The notes under the pieces are model-generated. The model ran no database searches. It was not told where the DNA came from and saw only the letters and a program-made list of their open reading frames with translations. Made by a program: the position numbers and the translations under genes. Below, piece by piece: positions 8,750 through 17,197 of a stretch of 64,000 bases of DNA (its first letter is position 1; each line of letters begins with the position of its first letter). The DNA comes from a virus, in IMG/VR virus record IMGVR_UViG_3300045988_082442, positions 149,709 through 213,708 of that record; one strand, 5' to 3'.

Positions 8750-10318
8750 ATGGGTAATAATAGAGTAAAGCTAAATGACAAGATTTTGTCAGATGAGGAG
8801 TTAAAGAACGAGATAATAAAATATTATATAAATAATAATCATACAATACAAGAAACAGCAGATTACTTTGACGTGAATATAACAACCATTACTAGAAAGT
8901 TAAAGAAGTTCAAAATTAGAAAATCAAAAGAACTTATAGAAGAATCTAAAAAGATGAGAAATAGAGAAAAATATGGTGTAGATTACCCTCTACAATTAGA
9001 AGAGACTACAAGGAAAAGGGAGCAAACCAATTTAGAGAAATATGGTTATAAAAATCAATTTCAAAGACCAGATATAATAGAAGATATACAAGATGCTAGA
9101 AGTGAAAAGATGGACAAGATTGTATCTAAAACAAAAGATACTTGGAATAAAAGATACGGTGGGCATCCATTATCAAATAAAGGGGTACAGCTTAAAGCAA
9201 AACAAACTAACTTAAAAAGATATGGTGTAGAATATTCATCCCAAAATGATGATATAAAGAAGAGGAAGAAAATTTCCAGAATAAAATACTTTGAGGAAAA
9301 TTCAGAAGAATATAATCTGTTAAGAGATAAAGAGAGATTTAAACAAATAGTATTAAGTATTCCTTACGAAGAAAGAACATCAACATCATGTGCAGAAAAA
9401 ATGGGCATACATACAACTACATTTAATAAGTGGTTTAAGCTTCATAATCTTAAAGAAGAGATTTCAATGAACTTTCAAAGAAGTAGACAGGAACAAGAAA
9501 TAACAGAATATATAAAATCATTTTATACAGGTATTGTAATAAATAACTATAAGCTAGATATGGAACTAGACATTTATTTACCAGAATTAAAATTAGGAAT
9601 AGAGTTTAATGGAACATATTATCATGATGTGGAACATAAAGGAAAAGGTTACCATCAAGAGAAATCATTCTATTTTAAAGAAAAAGGAATATTTGTATAT
9701 CATATATATGAATGGGAATGGGAAGATGATATAAAAAGAGAAATAATAAAAAATAGTTTAAGAAGAATGATACTAAACGATAACAAAGTTATCTATGCAA
9801 GAAAATGTGAACTTAAAGAAGTAGGTTCATCTGAATCATCTAAATTCTTAAATCAATATCATATACAAGGTAATGTAAATGCAACTATAAGATATGGTTT
9901 ATATTATGAAGATACCCTTGTAGAGATAATGACATTTTCAAAAGCAAGATATACAGACGGATATGAAATAATAAGATTGTGTTCTAAATCAGATATAAAT
10001 GTAGTAGGTGGAACAGAAAGATTATTTAAGCATTTTATAGAACAATATAATCCTAGTAGAATTATCTCATATTGTAACATAGATAAGTTTAAGGGAACAA
10101 TATATGAGAAAGTAGGCATGAAGCTGGACAAGATAAATCCACCAAATTATAAATGGGTAAATTGTAATGATAATGATGTTAAGTCAAGATACCAATGTCA
10201 AAAGCATCTAATAAGGGAAGATGAAAATGATACTAGAACTGAATCAGAAATTATGAAATCAAGAGGATATATAAAAGTAGAAGACGCTGGGACTTATAGA
10301 TTTATATTGGAGAGATAA
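8750..10318 (+). CDS. free-standing homing-endonuclease-like protein, paralog 1 (HTH, KYG repeats, Vsr/PD-(D/E)XK-like core, conserved C-terminal domain)
   Basis: Repeated EKYGV/KRYGV modules; LDIYLPELKLGIEFNGTYYHD nuclease-like core; C-terminal IYARKCELKEV..FLNQYHIQG..VVGG shared with 57655..59361 and 62020..63012. Confidence 0.65.
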   Translation: MGNNRVKLNDKILSDEELKNEIIKYYINNNHTIQETADYFDVNITTITRKLKKFKIRKSKELIEESKKMRNREKYGVDYPLQLEETTRKREQTNLEKYGYKNQFQRPDIIEDIQDARSEKMDKIVSKTKDTWNKRYGGHPLSNKGVQLKAKQTNLKRYGVEYSSQNDDIKKRKKISRIKYFEENSEEYNLLRDKERFKQIVLSIPYEERTSTSCAEKMGIHTTTFNKWFKLHNLKEEISMNFQRSRQEQEITEYIKSFYTGIVINNYKLDMELDIYLPELKLGIEFNGTYYHDVEHKGKGYHQEKSFYFKEKGIFVYHIYEWEWEDDIKREIIKNSLRRMILNDNKVIYARKCELKEVGSSESSKFLNQYHIQGNVNATIRYGLYYEDTLVEIMTFSKARYTDGYEIIRLCSKSDINVVGGTERLFKHFIEQYNPSRIISYCNIDKFKGTIYEKVGMKLDKINPPNYKWVNCNDNDVKSRYQCQKHLIREDENDTRTESEIMKSRGYIKVEDAGTYRFILER

Positions 10319-10340
10319 AAGTATCTCTCTTTATTTATTT
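10309..10340 (+). terminator. rho-independent terminator overlapping stop codon
   Basis: GAGAGATA / TATCTCTC stem plus T-rich tail. Confidence 0.65.
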
Positions 10341-10356
10341 GTAAAATATTAATGAG
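10341..10356 (+). promoter_or_regulatory. late-type motif copy 5
   Basis: 43 nt before ATG 10399, after terminator 10309-10340. Confidence 0.6.
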
Positions 10357-10386
10357 AGACATCAAGATAATAGATGTTATTATAAA

Positions 10387-10423
10387 GGAGGTAATCAAAT
10401 GGCAAATCCAGTAGCATATTATG
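10387..10423 (+). repeat. 37-bp direct repeat, copy B
   Basis: See 8683-8719; the two copies bracket the endonuclease gene. Confidence 0.85.
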
Positions 10424-12939
10424 ATGGAGGTAATATAACTTGTTTCCCATCATCTAATGCAAAAGACTTTGGTAAGTTGCATACAGAATTTAATGAAGCA
10501 AGATTTGTAACAAGAGTAGCAAAAAAGAACTTTTGTATAAAGAATCCTAGTTTTACATTAAAAGCAGCAGTAGATATAACAACAAATACACCAATGCTTG
10601 AAATATCAGAAGGTGAGGCTTCTATAAATGGTATGGATATAATAGCATCAGTACCAATTCAAATAGCACCCCCAGGAACAGCAGGTAAATGGTATGTTGC
10701 ATTTAAACTAGGTAGAGATAATTTAGGTAGAGATTTTAAAGTAGGAAAATATAAATTAAAAGGTAATGTTTTAGGAGACCTAGTAGTAGGTGTTACAAAA
10801 ACATTTGAGGGTATGTATTTAACATATTTTGATAAAAGATTAGATGAGGGTGATGAAGACCCAGATATGTTATATTTAGGTAGTATATATTGGGATGGTC
10901 ATGATTTCTCAGATATAAAAGAAGACCCTCAAAAATATACTAGAATAGAAGCAGAAGATGTAGGATGTTACATAAAAGACCCAAAACATGCAGATATAAC
11001 ATATATGGATTTACAAAGTTTAATATACAAACTTCCTGACTGGTATTTCTCAAAAGAGGGAGATGTATGTTATGGAGAGATAAATGTAGTTCCAGGTAGA
11101 GGTTCAGCTCCATCTCCTTATAATGACCCAATGCCAGGATTCCAATTAAGAGCTTATGATGGCAATACGACTAAAATGGTTATTAAAGCATCTAGTATAG
11201 AAAACAGTACATTGATGAGATATGGAGATATAAATAATGATGGTGTTATAGACCAAGCAGATTTAGATTTAGTAACAAAGTTTGTTAATGGAACAGTAAA
11301 ACCAACACCTTTACAAAAAGAACTAGCTTGTGTAAGTGGAAATAGAGAAGGAAAGCTAACTGATAATGATGTTACTATGATTAAGAATTATGTAGCAGGT
11401 GAAAGACCAGTTGGTAAGAAAGGTGAAAAGAACCCAATAGGAAAAACAGGTTGTATCTATGGTATAGGGGATATAGAGAATGGAATGACATTATATTCTT
11501 CAAATTCTAAATCAGAAATAGATATGGACCATGCACAATTATATACTAACTTTGATGATGATATATTCCATATACACAATCCAGAAGGTATATGTGTTGA
11601 ATCTGGTGGTGGAAATATCAAGTTAGAAGCATATAATGATATTATAATGAAAAGATTTGATTCTCATGCACCAACATTAAAATTAACTGGAAATGTTCTT
11701 CAAATGACAGACCCAGATACACCAAACTTAAAATGGAAGCTTGATTTTATATTAGATAATAAGAAAGAGAAATTACAACAAACAATAGGTAAATCAATAC
11801 TACAATATGATTTATCAAATAAATACCTATCATTATTAGGAACAGATACATCAAGATTTGATATAATACCACCATTCTATATGGAAAATGCAGTAAATAG
11901 ATGTATAGGAACATTATACTTTGGACCAGAAGATGGTAATAATGATAACTACATGAGAAAAAATGAGATACAATTAGATAGTAATGCAGCAGATAAGGTT
12001 GAACTAAAAATGACTGACAGATTTATATATTTAAAAGATGAAAATAAAGGTTCAACAAATAGCTACTTCAAAGTAGGTGCAGCAGATGATAATAACTATG
12101 TTAAAATAAATTCTAATGGAAATACAGAAATAAAAAATACAACAGGAACAGCAGAGATTAAATTTGCAGGTAGTGGAACAAATACAGCAAGAATATATCA
12201 TAATCATAATGACAACTATATCAGAATAGATACTAATTTATGGGTTAAAAATGATATAGAAGCAGGTGGTGATGGATACTTTAATGGTGGAGATGTTCAT
12301 ATCAAAAATGCAGGTGGACAATCTAATCTATACTTTACAGATGGAAGCAAAACATATAAGATTTATCATATTAATGGTGAAACTGTATTAAGAATGAATA
12401 CTACACTTAATATGAACAATAACAATATAGAAAATGTAAACAATATAAAAACAACTACATTAAATGTAGGAACAGGCTATAATAAATTGACAGTTGATAA
12501 AGATGGTAACTTAAATACAACAGGAACAATTACTGGTAAAAAGGTATATGGAGCTGTATATAATGGATTTGGTGAGATATTTAAGAAAGCCAAAGATGAA
12601 GTTATTGAATATGGATACATTGTATATATGGGAACTGATGGACTAGTTCATAAGGTATCTAAAAAAGAAGACCTAAATTCTATTGTTGGTATATGTTCTA
12701 ATACAATAGGTATGGAGATGGCTGGTGATGCTCAAAACTTAGCTGAAGATGAAAAAGTAGAAGTAGAAATGTTAGGTAAAATATGGGTTAAATCAGAAGA
12801 TACATCTATAAAACCAGGAGATATGATAATGGCATTAGAAGATGGTACAATAGCAAAAACAATAGTTAAAGAAGATAAGTTCGGTATTGCAATGACATCA
12901 AATATAGATGGTAAAGTAAGAATAGTTTATAATGGCTAA
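10399..12939 (+). CDS. tail spike/fibre protein with internal dockerin-like module, 846 aa
   Basis: Late motif 10341-10356; two Ca-binding dockerin-type repeats at 11224-11400; beta-rich N/G/T repeats. Confidence 0.7.
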   Translation: MANPVAYYDGGNITCFPSSNAKDFGKLHTEFNEARFVTRVAKKNFCIKNPSFTLKAAVDITTNTPMLEISEGEASINGMDIIASVPIQIAPPGTAGKWYVAFKLGRDNLGRDFKVGKYKLKGNVLGDLVVGVTKTFEGMYLTYFDKRLDEGDEDPDMLYLGSIYWDGHDFSDIKEDPQKYTRIEAEDVGCYIKDPKHADITYMDLQSLIYKLPDWYFSKEGDVCYGEINVVPGRGSAPSPYNDPMPGFQLRAYDGNTTKMVIKASSIENSTLMRYGDINNDGVIDQADLDLVTKFVNGTVKPTPLQKELACVSGNREGKLTDNDVTMIKNYVAGERPVGKKGEKNPIGKTGCIYGIGDIENGMTLYSSNSKSEIDMDHAQLYTNFDDDIFHIHNPEGICVESGGGNIKLEAYNDIIMKRFDSHAPTLKLTGNVLQMTDPDTPNLKWKLDFILDNKKEKLQQTIGKSILQYDLSNKYLSLLGTDTSRFDIIPPFYMENAVNRCIGTLYFGPEDGNNDNYMRKNEIQLDSNAADKVELKMTDRFIYLKDENKGSTNSYFKVGAADDNNYVKINSNGNTEIKNTTGTAEIKFAGSGTNTARIYHNHNDNYIRIDTNLWVKNDIEAGGDGYFNGGDVHIKNAGGQSNLYFTDGSKTYKIYHINGETVLRMNTTLNMNNNNIENVNNIKTTTLNVGTGYNKLTVDKDGNLNTTGTITGKKVYGAVYNGFGEIFKKAKDEVIEYGYIVYMGTDGLVHKVSKKEDLNSIVGICSNTIGMEMAGDAQNLAEDEKVEVEMLGKIWVKSEDTSIKPGDMIMALEDGTIAKTIVKEDKFGIAMTSNIDGKVRIVYNG

Positions 12940-12947
12940 TATAAAAA

Positions 12948-12969
12948 GAGGAAGTAAACTTACTTCCTC
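12948..12969 (+). terminator. hairpin, possible terminator (no T run)
   Basis: GAGGAAGTA / TACTTCCTC 9-bp stem. Confidence 0.45.
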
Positions 12970-12999
12970 AATCATTTATAGATAGGAGGTATCTGTGTA

Positions 13000-13107
13000 T
13001 TGAACTGGAGAGATAGAGTTTTATTATTACTATTATTTATATACTGCATAACATTCTGGGTACTTATTATAGGTGCAGCAAACTTCCTATTACAAATAAT
13101 ATTTTAG
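13000..13107 (+). CDS. possible 35-aa single-pass membrane peptide (TTG start)
   Basis: AGGAGG at 12984-12989; product LNWRDRVLLLLLFIYCITFWVLIIGAANFLLQIIF is one hydrophobic helix; below the ORF-track size cutoff. Confidence 0.3.
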   Translation: MNWRDRVLLLLLFIYCITFWVLIIGAANFLLQIIF

Positions 13108-13128
13108 TATATAGGGAGATGGAATATT

Positions 13129-13632
13129 ATGAGTGATAACAAGTCAGCTAGAATGGAATTAGAGAAAATATTTGGCAAAATATGTATGATAGAAGAAGCT
13201 GGTATAAGATATATTCCAAAAGAGAAGAGAAAGAAAATAAAAGGTTATACAAAATATGATGAAGTACTGACATATCATCATATAAAAGAGAAGCATACTG
13301 GTGGTAAAGCAACTTTTGAAAATGGGGCTTTGATAAGGGGTTATAATCATAGATGGTTACACTCATTACCAGAAGATGAGAAAGAGTTAGTAAACCAACA
13401 ATTACAAGAATATAAAATGAGAATTATGACATTACAGGGAAATGGTCAAGTAACAGATAGTAAATCAATTAGTTTAGATTTTAATATGGATGATTGCATC
13501 ACTATTCCTGTATATAATAATAAGAATAAACATAGGGGTTCAGCAAAGAAAAGACAGGCATTAGATAGAGAAGAAAGAAAATTAAGAAAATATAATAAAT
13601 TAACACTTGACGATGATGATTATGAGTTATAA
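13129..13632 (+). CDS. HNH-family nuclease, 167 aa
   Basis: LTYHHIKEKHTGGKATFENGALIRGYNHRWLH fits the HNH beta-beta-alpha-metal motif; basic C-terminus. Confidence 0.6.
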   Translation: MSDNKSARMELEKIFGKICMIEEAGIRYIPKEKRKKIKGYTKYDEVLTYHHIKEKHTGGKATFENGALIRGYNHRWLHSLPEDEKELVNQQLQEYKMRIMTLQGNGQVTDSKSISLDFNMDDCITIPVYNNKNKHRGSAKKRQALDREERKLRKYNKLTLDDDDYEL

Positions 13633-13649
13633 ATGGGGGTAGATAAATT

Positions 13650-13745
13650 ATGGGATTTATAATATTTATGATAGGATTGATAATTGGATTGCTTTCAGGA
13701 GTTTCAATAATATGTTTATTAAATGCAGGAAAGGATGAAGATTAA
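13650..13745 (+). CDS. possible 31-aa membrane peptide
   Basis: MGFIIFMIGLIIGLLSGVSIICLLNAGKDED; GGGGG-type RBS 6-10 nt upstream; stop 2 nt before the next ATG. Confidence 0.35.
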   Translation: MGFIIFMIGLIIGLLSGVSIICLLNAGKDED

Positions 13746-13747
13746 TT

Positions 13748-14047
13748 ATGTGTGAAAAATGTGGAAGAACAATATTATTACAATCACATGATGGTAGAGA
13801 ACATGTAGATATAAAAGATAATGAAATCAGACTTAGACGTTTTTCTTTTGAAGAAGGATATGAATATACAATGGAGTCAGAGACATTGAATTATTGTCCA
13901 ATATGTGGAAATAAAATTGGAAATAAACCAGTAGAAAAATATGTAATTGCTAGTAATAATGACGATGATGATGAAGATTGGGATGACGACGAAGACAACG
14001 AAGATGTTGAAGACTGGGATGAAGAAGATGATGACGATAAAGACTAA
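13748..14047 (+). CDS. zinc-ribbon protein with extremely acidic Trp-containing tail, 99 aa
   Basis: CEKCG...CPICG pairs; tail DDDDEDWDDDEDNEDVEDWDEEDDDDKD. Confidence 0.7.
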   Translation: MCEKCGRTILLQSHDGREHVDIKDNEIRLRRFSFEEGYEYTMESETLNYCPICGNKIGNKPVEKYVIASNNDDDDEDWDDDEDNEDVEDWDEEDDDDKD

Positions 14048-14294
14048 TAATGAACAATCAGCAAAACAACAAATAATAAATAGATTATTTAATGTATTAC
14101 AAGGACAAGGTATGTATGTTAGAGAAGATGGAACATTATCACCAAATGACAAATTAGAACAAACAAGTATATTAGTAGATACAGTGAAGTTTTTAAAAGA
14201 CTATGATGAAAACATAAAAGTATTAAATAAATATTGGTTAGATAAGCATAGAAAAGAAAAGTTTAGTAAACCAGAGGAAGATATTGAAAGATAG
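14019..14294 (+). CDS. hypothetical protein; start uncertain (in-frame ATGs at 13947, 14004, 14019 overlap the acidic tail of the upstream gene)
   Basis: ORF in a second frame overlapping 13748..14047; product is paralogous to 14372..14596. Confidence 0.45.
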   Translation: MKKMMTIKTNNEQSAKQQIINRLFNVLQGQGMYVREDGTLSPNDKLEQTSILVDTVKFLKDYDENIKVLNKYWLDKHRKEKFSKPEEDIER

Positions 14295-14371
14295 TATGAG
14301 ATTCTTATGAGATTCAATTTCTAGGCATTTTTATATAATAAATATATAATTTTATATCAGGAGGTATAAAT

Positions 14372-14596
14372 ATGGATAAACTAGAAGCTAAACAACAGAT
14401 GTTAAAAACAATGCTAGGTACAATAAAAGATGAAGCTATGCAAGTTAAGGATTCCACAATACCAGACAAAGATAAATTAGAGAAAGTAAATGTGCTGTTA
14501 AACATTATGTATTATGTTCAAAACTATAATGAATATACACAGGTTATAGCAGAATATAAAAGAAAGAAATCAAGACTAATGGGAAGGGAGATATAG
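14372..14596 (+). CDS. hypothetical protein, 74 aa, tandem paralog of 14019..14294
   Basis: AKQQ...PDKDKLEKVNVLLNIMYYVQNYNEYTQVIAEYKRKK aligns with AKQQ...PNDKLEQTSILVDTVKFLKDYDENIKVLNKYWLDKHRKEK. Confidence 0.7.
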   Translation: MDKLEAKQQMLKTMLGTIKDEAMQVKDSTIPDKDKLEKVNVLLNIMYYVQNYNEYTQVIAEYKRKKSRLMGREI

Positions 14597-14599
14597 ATA

Positions 14600-15187
14600 A
14601 TGAGTTTTAATCAAGTATTGAATAATAGACTAAATAAAGCTAATTTACCAGAAAATACAAATATAGTAGTATTATCATTAGTTCCAGAGTTAGATTATGT
14701 AGATGACTATATATTTGTATTTAGAAAAGAATATCAAGATACTAAAACTCATATCTATAATCTAAAAAGAGTATATGTCATCAAATGTAGTACATTATTT
14801 TATGATAATAGAGTAATAATAACAAAATTGTTAGATTGTGTTAATGAAGCTTGGGAATCATATAATACTTTTGGAAATAAGGTATATGTTGAAAGATATA
14901 ACTGGGGAAGTACATCTGATATAGCAATTGTAGAATTTGAAGAATTAGATATAATATATCAATATGAAAACACAGAAGGAAACCTTACAGAAGGAGATAT
15001 AAAGAGCTATACCTTAAATGAAAAGAAGAGTATAAATAAATTTTTAGGAAGTGCAGTTGTATATCAATACGGAGCAGATGTAACAATAGAGCTAGAATAT
15101 GATAAAAAACCAACAGAATCCAAATTTAAAAAAGATATTATAGCTGAATACGAAAAGACACATACTAAGAAAGGGGATACCAAATGA
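14600..15187 (+). CDS. hypothetical protein, 195 aa
   Basis: Long ORF, start 4 nt after the preceding stop. Confidence 0.8.
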   Translation: MSFNQVLNNRLNKANLPENTNIVVLSLVPELDYVDDYIFVFRKEYQDTKTHIYNLKRVYVIKCSTLFYDNRVIITKLLDCVNEAWESYNTFGNKVYVERYNWGSTSDIAIVEFEELDIIYQYENTEGNLTEGDIKSYTLNEKKSINKFLGSAVVYQYGADVTIELEYDKKPTESKFKKDIIAEYEKTHTKKGDTK

Positions 15188-15564
15188 ATTTAGTAGATAT
15201 AACCAGAAATATGATGTTAGAGGATTATGACTATTACGATGATGACGATGATTGGTCATATACACCATCAGAAGAGGAAATAAAATCTGAAAAAACTAAG
15301 AGAGCAAAAAGACTATTCCCAATGGAATATAAGACAACAGAAAAAGAAGAAATAAATGTAGATAATTGGGATTTAAAGGATTGTGTAGAAGAAGCTGAGA
15401 AATTAGCAAATAAATATAAAACAATACTTCTAAATGAATATAATCTTACTATAAATGACTTACAAAGAGCTAGTTATTCTAATACTGATAAAAGCATTAT
15501 GGATATTATAGTATGCTGGAAAAGATGGAATAACTTTATACTATCATTTAAAAGATATGTATAA
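15184..15564 (+). CDS. hypothetical acidic protein, 126 aa
   Basis: ATGA start/stop overlap with the upstream gene; N-terminal YDYYDDDDDW. Confidence 0.8.
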   Translation: MNLVDITRNMMLEDYDYYDDDDDWSYTPSEEEIKSEKTKRAKRLFPMEYKTTEKEEINVDNWDLKDCVEEAEKLANKYKTILLNEYNLTINDLQRASYSNTDKSIMDIIVCWKRWNNFILSFKRYV

Positions 15565-15569
15565 AATAC

Positions 15570-15598
15570 TTGACAAAATTTAAAACTTATATTATAAT
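15570..15598 (+). promoter_or_regulatory. conserved early-type promoter cassette (TTGACAAAATTTAAAACTTATAT TATAAT)
   Basis: Consensus hexamers, 17-nt conserved spacer. Confidence 0.7.
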
Positions 15599-15634
15599 GA
15601 ATTTAGGTTATAATATGAGAAGGAGTATTTTATA

Positions 15635-16068
15635 ATGAAAGATGTAATTGAAGAAACAAAAAGATTGATATTAAATAATAATAGAAAAAATTTAACAGAA
15701 ATGGCTAGAATTGGTTATTTATATGATAAGAAAGGAAGAAAGGAAGACCAGAAGAGCAGTTTGAAGTATATGTAAATACAAATGATGATGGGGATAGACC
15801 ACACTTTCATTTAAGATATGAACCAGACTGGGATGAATTTCATATCTGTATTAGAATTGACTGTTGTGAATACTTTGAACACGAGGGAAAAGAGAGTACT
15901 TTAAATAGTAGTATGAGAAAAAGGTTAGTAAACTTTCTAACATCTATAAATGAGGATGATGATAGCAAAACAAACTGGCAAGTTTTAGTTATTGAATGGA
16001 ACAGAAATAACTCTAATCAAAAAGTAGATAAAGATATTGAGATGCCAGATTATTTGAATTTGAAGTAA
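15635..16068 (+). pseudogene. frame-disrupted small gene with PHFH motif (DUF4160-like by memory)
   Basis: ATG 15635 frame stops at 15773-15775. A second frame, open from 15730, encodes ...FEVYVNTNDDGDRPHFHLRYEPDW... to TAA 16066-16068 with no start of its own. The shift lies in the A/G-rich run 15730-15750. Confidence 0.55.
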
Positions 16069-16080
16069 AATATTAATGAA
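16065..16080 (+). promoter_or_regulatory. late-type motif copy 6 (GTAAAATATTAATGAA)
   Basis: Overlaps stop 16066-16068; followed by a hairpin and then early promoter 16132-16160. Confidence 0.45.
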
Positions 16081-16131
16081 AGCAGGTAGGACATACAAAT
16101 TCTACCCGCTTTAAACTTTTAAGAAAAATGC

Positions 16132-16160
16132 TTGACAAAATTTAAAACTTATAATATACT
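16132..16160 (+). promoter_or_regulatory. conserved early-type promoter cassette (-10 TATACT)
   Basis: Same spacer AAATTTAAAACTTATAA. Confidence 0.7.
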
Positions 16161-16190
16161 ATCAACAGTTTAAGTTTGGGGGTATAAATA

Positions 16191-16431
16191 ATGAATTTGG
16201 AAGAATTTATAAATGATATAAAAGAACAAGAATTAAACTTATATAGAAATTGCATAGAGGCACTAAAAACAGAATATAACACAGGTAAATATAATGGAGA
16301 TTTACAATCATTTTGGAGATGATTATTCTTTTGAAGGTGAAAAGGGAAGTTGTGTAATTGAAGTAATTTGGGCAGGAGGATATAATATACAAAGACTTCA
16401 TACTAGATGGATAGTTAAGAATAGTTTATAG
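16191..16431 (+). pseudogene. small gene broken at a T4 run, or two overlapping mini-ORFs (16191..16322 and 16294..16431)
   Basis: First frame stops at 16320-16322; removing one T from TTTT 16311-16314 gives one continuous 79-codon ORF. Confidence 0.4.
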
Positions 16432-16445
16432 GAGATATATAAGAT

Positions 16446-16724
16446 ATGAAAATATTAAAGATGTATTACGAAAGATTAAAAGGGAATATGCCATATAATA
16501 AAGCAAAAGAAGCATTATATAACTTTGGAGATTTATTAGAGAAACATGGTTGGGTAAATGATATGATGGAAGCTGGTTATGTTTCCCCAGATTTAAGTAC
16601 AATATTCTATTATGGAAGAAGTCCTTATAATGGACAATTTGTTCAGTTTACAGCAGGAACAAAAGCAAATAATAAGTATGTAGAAATACAAGAAAGATAT
16701 TCAGAATACTTTGTAGAGGTATAG
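16446..16724 (+). CDS. hypothetical protein, 92 aa
   Basis: ORF with GGAG RBS. Confidence 0.75.
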   Translation: MKILKMYYERLKGNMPYNKAKEALYNFGDLLEKHGWVNDMMEAGYVSPDLSTIFYYGRSPYNGQFVQFTAGTKANNKYVEIQERYSEYFVEV

Positions 16725-16804
16725 AAATAAATAAGTAGATTTAGATGTTAATATAAGTAGAACACCAATCTTTAAAAAAAATTAAAAATATTTTACAAAA
16801 ATGC

Positions 16805-16833
16805 TTGACAAAATTTAAAACTTATAATAATAT
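16805..16833 (+). promoter_or_regulatory. conserved early-type promoter cassette (-10 TAATAT)
   Basis: Same spacer. Confidence 0.65.
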
Positions 16834-16868
16834 ATGTGCATAATAAAAATACAAAGGAGGTAAATGTA

Positions 16869-17180
16869 ATGAAAAGAGGTAGAAGAGAAAGTGTTGGGGA
16901 GGCTATTGAACAGCTTCAAAAAATGAAAAGAAAGGTAGATACAGAACATAAAAGATATAAAGAAATGTATATAACAGAAACTGTAAAAGAATCCCAAAAC
17001 ACTGTAAGAAGGCTTTCATCTAAATTAGAAACATTACAAGGGAAAGAAACAAACGAGGAAACAATACTAAAAGTAGTTGATGAATTATTTAGCATATTGT
17101 TTGAAAGTCATAAAAACTTAGATAAGATTGAAGATAATTATACATTTTATAAAGACCTTGATGATAAGTTCAATCAATAG
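16869..17180 (+). CDS. hypothetical basic/coiled protein, 103 aa
   Basis: AAGGAGG 7 nt before ATG 16869; the ORF-track start 16836 lies at the predicted transcription start of promoter 16805-16833, so it is unlikely. Confidence 0.7.
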   Translation: MKRGRRESVGEAIEQLQKMKRKVDTEHKRYKEMYITETVKESQNTVRRLSSKLETLQGKETNEETILKVVDELFSILFESHKNLDKIEDNYTFYKDLDDKFNQ

Positions 17181-17197
17181 TTTAGGAGGAAACTAAA

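Noticed and set aside
16836-16868. ORF-track starts at 16836, 18017, 18633, 33597, 35751, 54228, 55802 and 62972
   Set aside because: In each case a downstream in-frame ATG has a properly spaced GGAGG-type RBS, or the upstream start overlaps a promoter or the preceding gene. I used the downstream starts.
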